The notes under the pieces are model-generated. The model was not told where the DNA came from. It searched no databases and saw only the letters and a program-made list of their open reading frames with translations. Positions 11,210-18,799 of a DNA stretch of 64,000 bases are shown here, one piece after another. The position numbers and the translations under genes were made by a program. This DNA comes from Oscillospiraceae bacterium. GTDB taxonomy: Bacteria; Bacillota; Clostridia; Oscillospirales; CAG-382. The stretch covers positions 7,403-71,402 of the forward strand of contig SVQU01000007.1 of NCBI GenBank assembly GCA_015065165.1, written 5' to 3'. Within the stretch, counting starts at the first letter, position 1. The number at the start of each line of letters is the position of its first letter.

Positions 11210-12253
11210 TTACAGCGACTGAATTACCGCAGAAACAACTCTTGCGGTGTTATATGCATCGTCCATATTTACGATTTCGCTCATAGTATGCATATTTTTA
11301 AGAGGTATTGAAATAAGCATAACGGGAACGCCGTTTCTTGTTGTTTGTACAGCATTTGAGTTAGTACCCGTTGCTCCGGGAGAAGCCGAAATCTGATAGG
11401 GTATATTTTCTTTTTTGCAGACTTCTATGCAATATTTTGTAAACGCTCGGTTTGTCTGAGGAGACAAGCATATATCTCCGCCTTTGCCTGCATATACTGC
11501 TTCGCGAGCCTTGGGCGCACCGGGAACAAAAGCGTGGGTTACGTCGATTACGATTGCTTTATCAGGGTTTAGTTTATAGGTATTTGTCCTTGCACCCTTA
11601 TAACCGATTTCTTCGCCGCCCGAAAATTGGAAAGCCACGTCAACGTTAAGCTTGGATTTATCAAGCATCATCAAGCCGCGAACAATTGCCGCGCCGCAAA
11701 GACGGTCGTCAAATCCCGCGCCTGCCAGGTTGTTATCAACGAGTTTTTCCAATCTGCAAGGGAATGCCACAGGCGTACCGATTCTGACAATTTTTTCCAA
11801 TTCTTCCTTGGAAAGACCTGTATCGATGCACATATCTACAACTTCAATCTTCTTTTCGCTTTCCCCGGGCTCTTGCAAATGAGGAGGCTTAGAAGCAAAT
11901 ATACCTTTTATGGCTTTTTTGCCGTATATGTTGACATCGGAACCCGAAAGAATCTTTCCGGCGATACCGCCAACGTTGGCAACCTTTAAAAAGCCGCCAT
12001 CACATATTTCGGTAACTAAACAGCCTATTGTATCAAGATGTGCATCGCAAAGTATCATTTCGGCATCTTTTTTTCCGCAACGGATTATACCGTAAAAGCT
12101 ACCCGCGGGGGTTGTGCCGAATTCATCGAAAATACCAAGAGATTTTACATAGTTTTCAAGTTCTTCGAAAGCCATACTTTCATAACCCGAAACGCCGGGA
12201 TAGGATGTAAAATTCTCGACAAGTTCATATAATTTTTCCATTGTTACCTCCAA
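11210..12253 (-). CDS. M42 family metallo-aminopeptidase, paralog 1
   Basis: 347 aa with DAHLDTIG, FDDRLCG, SGGEEIGYKGA, VIDVTHA and KNMHTM. Its start overlaps the murD 3' end by 10 nt. Confidence 0.8.
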   Translation of the reverse strand: MEVTMEKLYELVENFTSYPGVSGYESMAFEELENYVKSLGIFDEFGTTPAGSFYGIIRCGKKDAEMILCDAHLDTIGCLVTEICDGGFLKVANVGGIAGKILSGSDVNIYGKKAIKGIFASKPPHLQEPGESEKKIEVVDMCIDTGLSKEELEKIVRIGTPVAFPCRLEKLVDNNLAGAGFDDRLCGAAIVRGLMMLDKSKLNVDVAFQFSGGEEIGYKGARTNTYKLNPDKAIVIDVTHAFVPGAPKAREAVYAGKGGDICLSPQTNRAFTKYCIEVCKKENIPYQISASPGATGTNSNAVQTTRNGVPVMLISIPLKNMHTMSEIVNMDDAYNTARVVSAVIQSL

Positions 12254-13590
12254 GAATTAACTATTTCTTTAAATTTATTTCCACGTTCCGCAAAGTTCTT
12301 AAACATATCAAAGCTTGCGGATGCAGGCGTTAATACTACGTTATCGCCTTCAACCGATTTGCTTTTGGCAAGCTCAACAGCAGCATTAAAATCGTTTACG
12401 ATAGAATAGGAAGTATACCCAACCTTATCAAGCTCGTTCGCGATTTTTGGTGCAGTAGCACCGCAAAGTACGGCAAACTTAACCTTACGCGCAAACAATT
12501 CGCCCAACGGTTCGTAAGGTATATTCTTATCATACCCACCCGAAATGGCAATTACCTTTTCTTTAAAGGATTCAAGGCAAGCCTTTGTACGGGAAGGGCT
12601 TGAATCTATGGATGAATTATAATAATTTACACCGTTAAATTCGCGTACAAACTCAATTCTATGTTCAACGCCGCCGAATTCGCTTGCCACCTTTTTTAAG
12701 GTATCAACCGAAACGTAATCACAAACGGCGGTATAAGCCTCACAATAATTATATCGGTTATGTTTACCAACGATTTTTATCTCATTGTCGGGCAGTATAT
12801 ATTCGCCTTTAAAATAAATACCTTTTTCGTCAAAGTAGGTATAATCGGTATTGTTTTGTCCTGAAATCATACGCACACTTCCCTTTGCACAATTTGCAAA
12901 GGAACGGCAATATTTATCATCCTCGTTAAGCACCAAAACCGAATTTGTATTTTGAAATGCAAATATACGTTTTTTTGCCTCTACATATTCTTCCATATCC
13001 AAATGCCAATCCAAGTGATTGGGCGCAACGTTGGTAACAACTGCCACGTCGGGGCTTTGAGAAAGCTTCATCAATTGGAAAGAAGACAGTTCAACAACCG
13101 CAAAATCATCTTTACCGATACTATCTAAAGTTGCGAAAAGATTAATACCTATATTGCCGCCAAGCCAAACCTTATTTCCCTGTGCTTCCAACAATTTTGC
13201 AATAAGTGTAGTGGTGGTTGTTTTACCGTCGCTACCCGTTACAGCAAAGGTTTTGCAGGGGCATAACCTAAAGAACTCTTCCATTTCGCTGGTTACACGG
13301 ATTCCGTTTTTACGGGCAAGTTCAATACCCTCTAAATCAGGGCGCACGGCAGGCGAAAGAAAAAGGAGTGATTCCGAAATATCATCAAGATATTTATCAC
13401 CGATAATAAATTCAACGCCTTTTTCTAAAAGATCCGGATAAAAATCTCTCCCTGACAAATCGTTTTTATCACGAACAATACATTTTGCTCCCGCTTCTAT
13501 AAAAAGCCTTATTACAGGTAGGTTAGATACACCCATACCAACAAAGCCAACGTATTTATTTTTGTATTCAGACGAATATTCTTTAAGCAC
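12244..13590 (-). CDS. murD: UDP-N-acetylmuramoyl-L-alanine--D-glutamate ligase
   Basis: 448 aa with an N-terminal Rossmann segment (VGFVGMGVSNLP), the Mur ligase P-loop (TGSDGKTTTTTLI) and a MurD-like C-terminus. Confidence 0.92.
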   Translation of the reverse strand: MLKEYSSEYKNKYVGFVGMGVSNLPVIRLFIEAGAKCIVRDKNDLSGRDFYPDLLEKGVEFIIGDKYLDDISESLLFLSPAVRPDLEGIELARKNGIRVTSEMEEFFRLCPCKTFAVTGSDGKTTTTTLIAKLLEAQGNKVWLGGNIGINLFATLDSIGKDDFAVVELSSFQLMKLSQSPDVAVVTNVAPNHLDWHLDMEEYVEAKKRIFAFQNTNSVLVLNEDDKYCRSFANCAKGSVRMISGQNNTDYTYFDEKGIYFKGEYILPDNEIKIVGKHNRYNYCEAYTAVCDYVSVDTLKKVASEFGGVEHRIEFVREFNGVNYYNSSIDSSPSRTKACLESFKEKVIAISGGYDKNIPYEPLGELFARKVKFAVLCGATAPKIANELDKVGYTSYSIVNDFNAAVELAKSKSVEGDNVVLTPASASFDMFKNFAERGNKFKEIVNSWR

Positions 13591-13621
13591 TAAACATTCC
13601 TCCCAAATATTTCTATCTTAT

Positions 13622-13649
13622 ATTATATTCCGAATAAAAAAATAATCAA
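13622..13649 (-). promoter_or_regulatory. putative sigma-A promoter of the murD string (TTGATT-16-TATAAT)
   Basis: On the minus strand, TATAAT sits at 13622-13627 and TTGATT at 13644-13649. The promoter is ~30 nt upstream of the GGGAGG RBS and the murD ATG. Confidence 0.4.
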
Positions 13650-13655
13650 TATTAT

Positions 13656-13684
13656 TTGACAAAATATTATAGATATGGTACAAT
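13656..13684 (+). promoter_or_regulatory. sigma-A promoter of rnpB (TTGACA-17-TGgTACAAT)
   Basis: TTGACA at 13656-13661, a 17-nt spacer, and an extended -10 TGgTACAAT ending at 13684. The predicted +1 near 13690 coincides with the 5' strand of the RNase P P1 helix. Confidence 0.7.
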
Positions 13685-13688
13685 CTTC

Positions 13689-14040
13689 GGGCGACCGTTC
13701 TGAACAATCGCGCAATACCATAGCGAAAGCTCGTATTGTGAGGAAAGTCCGAGCTCCACAGAGCAGGATAACAGATAACATCTGCCGAAGGCGACTTTAG
13801 GGCCAGTGCAACAGAAATAAACCGCCAAACCTTGTTTGGTAAGGATGGAAAGGCGAGGTAAGAGCTCACCGGTGTGTCGGAGACGGCACAGCCATGTAAA
13901 CCCTATCCGGAGCAACACCGCGGCGGGGGCATATGCTTGCTCGGCAGCCCCTATGGAGGTGGCAAAGAGATTTATGGCGACATAAATACAAGATAGATGA
14001 TTGTTCACGACAGAACTCGGCTTATAGGAACGCGTCGCTT
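13689..14040 (+). ncRNA. rnpB: RNase P RNA (bacterial M1 RNA)
   Basis: Universal elements are present: GAGGAAAGTCCGAGCTCCACAGAGCAGG (from 13740), GTGCAACAGAAA, GGTAAGAGCTCACCGG, GTAAACCC and ACGACAGAACTCGGCTTATAG (14008-14027). The 5' GCGACCGTTC can pair with the 3' GGAACGCGTCGC to form P1. Ends are approximate to +/-5 nt, and class A versus B was not resolved by eye. Confidence 0.85.
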
Positions 14041-14051
14041 TTCGATTTAAC

Positions 14052-14073
14052 GCACCCGTTTTGGGTGCTTTTT
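14052..14073 (+). terminator. rho-independent terminator after rnpB
   Basis: GCACCC (14052-14057) pairs with GGGTGC (14063-14068), followed by TTTTT. Confidence 0.7.
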
Positions 14074-14110
14074 ATTATTTTAATATCTTTTTCAATAGTT
14101 GCGAAAATTC

Positions 14111-14139
14111 TTGACAGAATTGGGAAAACTGTATATAAT
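14111..14139 (+). promoter_or_regulatory. exact-consensus sigma-A promoter of prfB (TTGACA-17-TATAAT)
   Basis: TTGACA at 14111-14116, a 17-nt spacer, and TATAAT at 14134-14139. The AAGGAG RBS is at 14159-14164. Confidence 0.75.
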
Positions 14140-14174
14140 ATGAGTGTATAGAAATAGTAAGGAGAAGTACTCCA

Positions 14175-15284
14175 TTGATTTTACAATTAGAACAGGCTAA
14201 GTTATCTTTAGGTGAGCTTAGCGACGGAATTAAAGACCTTGGCGATTCTATCGGTTTTGAAACTTTAAAAACCGAAGTTGAAGAGCTTGAAAATAAAACT
14301 GCCGAAGCAGGTTTTTGGGACAAGCCTCAGGAATCTCAAGTGGTTTTAAAGCAACTAAAATTTAAAAAAGGTACGTTAGAACGCTATATAGCATTAAAAC
14401 GTAGTTTTGATGACATCGAAACCCTTATAGAGCTTTCTATTGAAGAAGACGATGACAGCGTTGTAGAAGACGTTCTTGCAGACCTTGATGCAGTAAAAAA
14501 AGAATATGAACGCCAAAAGATAGAGATTCTTCTTTCGGGTGAATATGATGGTAGTAATGCTATCGTATCCATTCACCCGGGCGCAGGCGGAACAGAGGCA
14601 CAGGATTGGGCACAGATGCTTTACAGAATGTACCAACAATATTCCGCTAAAAAAGGGTTTAAGCTTAAGGTTTTGGATTATCTCGACGGCGACGAAGCAG
14701 GTATTAAAAGCGTTTCGTTTTTAATCGAGGGTGTTAATGCATACGGTTATCTGAAAAGTGAATCGGGTGTACACAGATTAGTTCGTGTTTCCCCCTTCGA
14801 TTCCAGCGGAAGACGTCATACTTCCTTCGCATCTGTTGAAGTCCTTCCCGAGTTTAACGATGAAATCACCATCGAAATCAATGAAGCTGATTTAAAGATC
14901 GATGCACACAGAGCAAGCGGCGCGGGCGGACAGCACGTTAACAAAACCGACTCTGCAATTCGTATAACTCACATTCCTACGGGTATCGTTGTTGGCTGTC
15001 AAACCGAACGTAGCCAGGTTCAGAACAAAGAAACCGCAATGAAGATGCTCAAGAGTAAGCTTTTGGAAATTAAAGAGCGTGAGCATTTGGAGCGTATTGA
15101 GGATATAACCGGCACTAAGATGAACATTGAATGGGGCAGTCAAATTCGTTCCTACGTGTTTATGCCTTATACCCTTGTTAAGGATAACAGAACCGGTTGT
15201 GAAACCGGCAACATACAGGCCGTAATGGACGGCGATTTAGACGACTTTATAAACGAATATCTTAAACTTAATTGCAACAAATAG
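14175..15284 (+). CDS. prfB: peptide chain release factor 2, encoded in one continuous frame (TTG start)
   Basis: 369 aa with the SPF tripeptide (RVSPFDSSGRRHTSFASV) and the GGQ motif (RASGAGGQHVNKTDSAIRITH). The start codon is TTG, 10 nt after AAGGAG. Confidence 0.93.
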   Translation: MILQLEQAKLSLGELSDGIKDLGDSIGFETLKTEVEELENKTAEAGFWDKPQESQVVLKQLKFKKGTLERYIALKRSFDDIETLIELSIEEDDDSVVEDVLADLDAVKKEYERQKIEILLSGEYDGSNAIVSIHPGAGGTEAQDWAQMLYRMYQQYSAKKGFKLKVLDYLDGDEAGIKSVSFLIEGVNAYGYLKSESGVHRLVRVSPFDSSGRRHTSFASVEVLPEFNDEITIEINEADLKIDAHRASGAGGQHVNKTDSAIRITHIPTGIVVGCQTERSQVQNKETAMKMLKSKLLEIKEREHLERIEDITGTKMNIEWGSQIRSYVFMPYTLVKDNRTGCETGNIQAVMDGDLDDFINEYLKLNCNK

Positions 15285-15301
15285 AAAGAGAGGTATTTTC
15301 T

Positions 15302-15610
15302 ATGAAAAAATTAAAACCCATCCTTGGTATTTCCCTTCTCGTTCAATCTATTTCTTTCCTCGTTCTTTGTCTTATAAACTTGGAAAAGAAAAAGAGCCTT
15401 GCGGCTGTTTTTGGTATCTTTTCCGCTATTGGCGGCGCTGCAGGTACCGCGCTTCTTATTTCCAACTACAAAGAAGAAAAATCGGAAGAAGATTTCTTTG
15501 ACGATGACGAATTCTTCTTCGACGAAGATTTCGAAGATGATTTTTCCGAATGCGATGATATCGAATGCAACTTCGCAGAAGATATTGCCGTAGAAACCGC
15601 AGAAGCTTAA
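15302..15610 (+). CDS. small hypothetical membrane protein with extremely acidic D/E/F-rich tail
   Basis: I moved the start to ATG 15302 (MKKLKPILG...), which has an AGAGAGG RBS. There are two hydrophobic segments, followed by EEKSEEDFFDDDEFFFDEDFEDDFSECDDIECNF. I do not recognise a family. Confidence 0.5.
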   Translation: MKKLKPILGISLLVQSISFLVLCLINLEKKKSLAAVFGIFSAIGGAAGTALLISNYKEEKSEEDFFDDDEFFFDEDFEDDFSECDDIECNFAEDIAVETAEA

Positions 15611-15626
15611 TCAAAATGCATACTTT

Positions 15627-15658
15627 GAGAAACGGCGGATTGCGCCGTTTCTCTTGTT
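15627..15658 (+). terminator. rho-independent terminator
   Basis: GAGAAACGGCG (15627-15637) pairs with CGCCGTTTCTC (15643-15653), followed by TTGTT. Confidence 0.7.
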
Positions 15659-15693
15659 ATAAATATCCAAATTTACAGAAAGGTTAAATATTT

Positions 15694-17457
15694 ATGGCTA
15701 ACAAAGGCGCACTTTCGGTAGATACCGAGCATCTATTTCCTATTATTAAAAAATGGTTATATTCCGAAAAGGATATTTTTATACGCGAGGTTGCATCAAA
15801 TGCCTGTGATGCAATTACAAAGCACAAAAGATTGATTTCTTTAGGCGAAGCTGAGGATGATGGTCTTAATTATCGCATAACCTTTAAGATTGACAAAGAC
15901 GAGCGTACCATTACAGTTTCCGACAACGGTATCGGTATGAACCTTGAAGAGGTTGAAAAATATATAAATAATATCGCTTTATCAGGCGCAGTAGATTTTA
16001 TCTCTAAATACGAAAGCGATAATTCCTCCGGTATAATCGGTCATTTCGGTCTTGGTTTTTATTCTATGTTTATCGTTGCAGAAAAGGTTGAAATGTATAC
16101 CCGTTCATTTAAGGGCGGTGATGGTGTACATTGGATTTGCGATTCCGACGGTTCTTTCGAAAGTGAGCCTTGCACAAGGGATAGTCACGGCACAGAAATT
16201 ATAATGCACGTTTCCGATGACGAATTGGCATATCTTGATAACGAAAAACTCAAATCGATTTTAGAGCGTTATTGTTCTTTTATGCCCTACGATATTGTTC
16301 TTGTGGACGGCGAAAACGAAACTGTTATTAACGATACAAACCCTCTGTGGCAGCGTAATCCTCAAGACGTTTCGGACGAGGATTATAACGAGTTTTACAA
16401 AAAAGTGTTTAATGATATTAACGACCCCTTATTCAAGGTTCATATCGTTGCAGATTATCCTTTGAACTTCAAGGCAGTTTTGTTTATCCCCGCCCGCAAA
16501 AACGCCTATGATTCTACCGAAAGCGAATTCAAGCTGTTTTACAATTCTGTTTTCGTTGCTGATAATATCAAAGAAGCCTGCCCCGACCATTTGGTTAACT
16601 TTAAAGGCGTGTTGGATTGTCCTGAATTGCCCCTTAACGTTTCCAGAAGTTATTTGCAGAACGATGCATACGTTCGTAAAATTGCATCCCATATTTCCAA
16701 GAAGGTTGCAGACAAGCTTAACGGTATGTTCACTACCGAACGCGACCTGTTAGAGAAAAATTGGCGCGATATGAAGCCTTATTTTGAATTTGCTTGTATG
16801 CGCGATGAAAAGTTCGGCGACCGCGTAAGGGATAATATCCTTTTTGAAAAGGCGGATGGCGGTTTTATCACCGTTAAAGAATATCTCGGCGACAAAGAGG
16901 AAGGCGATATATACTATACAACCGACAAAAACGGTCAAAGCTATTATTTACAGCTTTTTAAGGATAAAGGTGTGGAGGTTTTGGTTTTCGACAGTGTTGT
17001 GGAAAACAATTTTGCACAATACCTGGAAAGTAAAAACGATAAAATCAAATTCAAACGAATCGACTCGGGTTTTGATTCTGTTGAAACTGATTCATCCGAA
17101 AAGCTCGTTTCCCTCTTCAAAGAAGTATGCGGAAAAGAGGATATGGAAATCAAGTTCACTTCTCTCGGCGAAGACGGAGCGGCGGCGCTTATTTCCCTTC
17201 CCGAGGACGGCAGACGTTTTGCTGATATGATGAGAATGTATAACCTTGCCAACGGCAACGAATCATTCCCCATGCCCAACGGCGAGAATCTAACCATCAA
17301 TACCGACAACCCGATTATTAAAAAACTGGAAAGCGATTCTATCGAAAATGCATCCGATGTTGCAAAGCATATTTACCTTTCTGCAGTTTTGTTGTCAAGA
17401 ACATTAACTTCCGAAGAAGCCAAAGAATTTATAAAACTAAATAACAAGCTTATTTAA
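15694..17457 (+). CDS. htpG: molecular chaperone HtpG (Hsp90 family)
   Basis: 587 aa with GHKL ATPase motifs (IFIRELASNA-type REVASNACDA, DNGIGM, IGHFGLGFYS). Confidence 0.93.
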   Translation: MANKGALSVDTEHLFPIIKKWLYSEKDIFIREVASNACDAITKHKRLISLGEAEDDGLNYRITFKIDKDERTITVSDNGIGMNLEEVEKYINNIALSGAVDFISKYESDNSSGIIGHFGLGFYSMFIVAEKVEMYTRSFKGGDGVHWICDSDGSFESEPCTRDSHGTEIIMHVSDDELAYLDNEKLKSILERYCSFMPYDIVLVDGENETVINDTNPLWQRNPQDVSDEDYNEFYKKVFNDINDPLFKVHIVADYPLNFKAVLFIPARKNAYDSTESEFKLFYNSVFVADNIKEACPDHLVNFKGVLDCPELPLNVSRSYLQNDAYVRKIASHISKKVADKLNGMFTTERDLLEKNWRDMKPYFEFACMRDEKFGDRVRDNILFEKADGGFITVKEYLGDKEEGDIYYTTDKNGQSYYLQLFKDKGVEVLVFDSVVENNFAQYLESKNDKIKFKRIDSGFDSVETDSSEKLVSLFKEVCGKEDMEIKFTSLGEDGAAALISLPEDGRRFADMMRMYNLANGNESFPMPNGENLTINTDNPIIKKLESDSIENASDVAKHIYLSAVLLSRTLTSEEAKEFIKLNNKLI

Positions 17458-17461
17458 AGTT

Positions 17462-17494
17462 AAAAGCACCACCTAATTAGAGGTGGTGCTTTTT
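17462..17494. terminator. bidirectional terminator (htpG / permease, convergent)
   Basis: AGCACCACCT (17465-17474) pairs with AGGTGGTGCT (17481-17490). It is flanked by AAAA and TTTT. Confidence 0.8.
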
Positions 17495-17507
17495 GATTAT
17501 ACAGTTT

Positions 17508-18611
17508 TTATCTTATAAGCAACTCCAAGGTCGTTAAAATAAATAGAAAACTAAAATTCAAGGCAGAGAACTTTAAGATATAGCTTGCGGTTCTGCCCGA
17601 TTGTTCCTTTGTATATTCACGAAATGTAATAAGACTTGCCAAAGAAGCTATAAGCGTGCCCACTCCACCGATATTAACGCCGATTAGCAATGACGGATAA
17701 TCGGTTGTAAAGTTTGAAAGCAGAACTGCCGAGGGAACGTTACTTATAAACTGGCAGGAAATAACGCTGAACAGAAGTGTATTTTTTGCTAACAAAGCAG
17801 ATATCATTTCTCTAACGGGTTCAATACGCGCCATATTACCAGCAAAAATAAAAAAGAACACGAACGTTAATAACAGAGGATAATCTACGTCTCGCAACGC
17901 CTTTTTATCCATAAAAAACAAGGCTGAAGGAATGACAACAAGACCTACCACGTAAGGGATACCTCTGAACACTATTGCAATTGCAAGGGCAAATAATAAA
18001 AGAAGGATTGTTGCCCTGCCCTTGGGGATAAAAATCGGTTCGTCCGGTTGGGTGATAGGTTCGGGCTTTATAAACAGACAACAAACGGTTATTAGAAACA
18101 CCGAAACGGCAAATGGGGTTGCCATTATGCTGATAAATTCCAAATCGGGAATTGAAAAGCGAGAATAAAGGTAAAGATTTTGGGGGTTGCCGAAGGGTGT
18201 GAGCATACCACCCAGATTTGCAGAAATGTTCTGCATTATAAAGGTAAACGCCATATATTTTTCTTTACCCGTGGTTTTTAAAACGATATAACCCAAGGGC
18301 AAAAATGTGAGAAGCGCCATATCGTTGGCAATAAGCATAGAGCCTATGAAGGTTATATACACCAACGCAAGAATCGCAGAACGAAGGGTTTTGAATTTCG
18401 AAACCAATTTACCCGCGAGCATATAGAAAAAGTTGATATTTCTTAGCGCACATACAACGGCAAGAACGCAGAAAAGGCAGGAAAGGGTTTTAAAATCGAA
18501 ATAATTTATATACTCGTTATCAACGGGAACTATAAACGAAGTTATTACAGCGCAGAAAAATGCAATAAGCATTACAACGTTCTTTTTCGCAAATCCTATG
18601 ATAGTTTGCAT
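17508..18611 (-). CDS. ArsB/NhaD (CitMHS/SLC13-like) superfamily anion permease
   Basis: Roughly 10-12 hydrophobic segments. I moved the start to ATG 18611 (MQTIIGFAKK..., RBS AAAGGGGA). The 41 upstream codons of the ORF-track call cover its own promoter and the pckA terminator. Confidence 0.7.
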   Translation of the reverse strand: MQTIIGFAKKNVVMLIAFFCAVITSFIVPVDNEYINYFDFKTLSCLFCVLAVVCALRNINFFYMLAGKLVSKFKTLRSAILALVYITFIGSMLIANDMALLTFLPLGYIVLKTTGKEKYMAFTFIMQNISANLGGMLTPFGNPQNLYLYSRFSIPDLEFISIMATPFAVSVFLITVCCLFIKPEPITQPDEPIFIPKGRATILLLLFALAIAIVFRGIPYVVGLVVIPSALFFMDKKALRDVDYPLLLTFVFFFIFAGNMARIEPVREMISALLAKNTLLFSVISCQFISNVPSAVLLSNFTTDYPSLLIGVNIGGVGTLIASLASLITFREYTKEQSGRTASYILKFSALNFSFLFILTTLELLIR

Positions 18612-18644
18612 ACCTTTATCCCCTTTCGCGTTTTTCCGAATGGG

Positions 18645-18673
18645 ATTATACCACTTTACAGCGAGCATCACAA
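18645..18673 (-). promoter_or_regulatory. sigma-A promoter of the permease gene (TTGTGA-17-TGgTATAAT)
   Basis: On the minus strand, TATAAT sits at 18645-18650 preceded by TGg, and TTGTGA at 18668-18673. Confidence 0.55.
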
Positions 18674-18733
18674 TTGGAAACCTTAATAAATATTTAACGA
18701 TTTTAAAGAAATAATTGTGCATAAACAAAGGCA

Positions 18734-18760
18734 CACCCCAAAGGTTGAACCTTTGGGGTG
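18734..18760 (-). terminator. rho-independent terminator of pckA
   Basis: CACCCCAAAGG pairs with CCTTTGGGGTG around a 5-nt loop. The minus strand continues with TTTGTTT. Confidence 0.75.
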
Positions 18761-18799
18761 CATTTTGTTTAAAATTAACTTATTTTATGGTTAAGCTTA

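Noticed and set aside
13618-14008. Two minus-strand ORFs of 83 and 113 aa.
   Set aside because: They lie on top of the RNase P RNA, which explains the region much better.
14175-14270. I searched for the RF2 +1 frameshift site (CTT TGA C with an upstream SD-like element).
   Set aside because: It is not present. The frame is continuous through the aligned position. This is reported as a finding rather than as a recoding site.
15611-15693. I looked for a CIRCE element (TTAGCACTC-N9-GAGTGCTAA) or a clear promoter upstream of htpG.
   Set aside because: There is no match to CIRCE, and only weak -10/-35 candidates after the terminator at 15627-15658. No call made.
18612-18734. An N-terminal 41-codon extension of the permease ORF.
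   Set aside because: The extension covers the pckA terminator hairpin (18734-18760) and the permease's own TGgTATAAT promoter (18645-18673). ATG 18611 has a good RBS.
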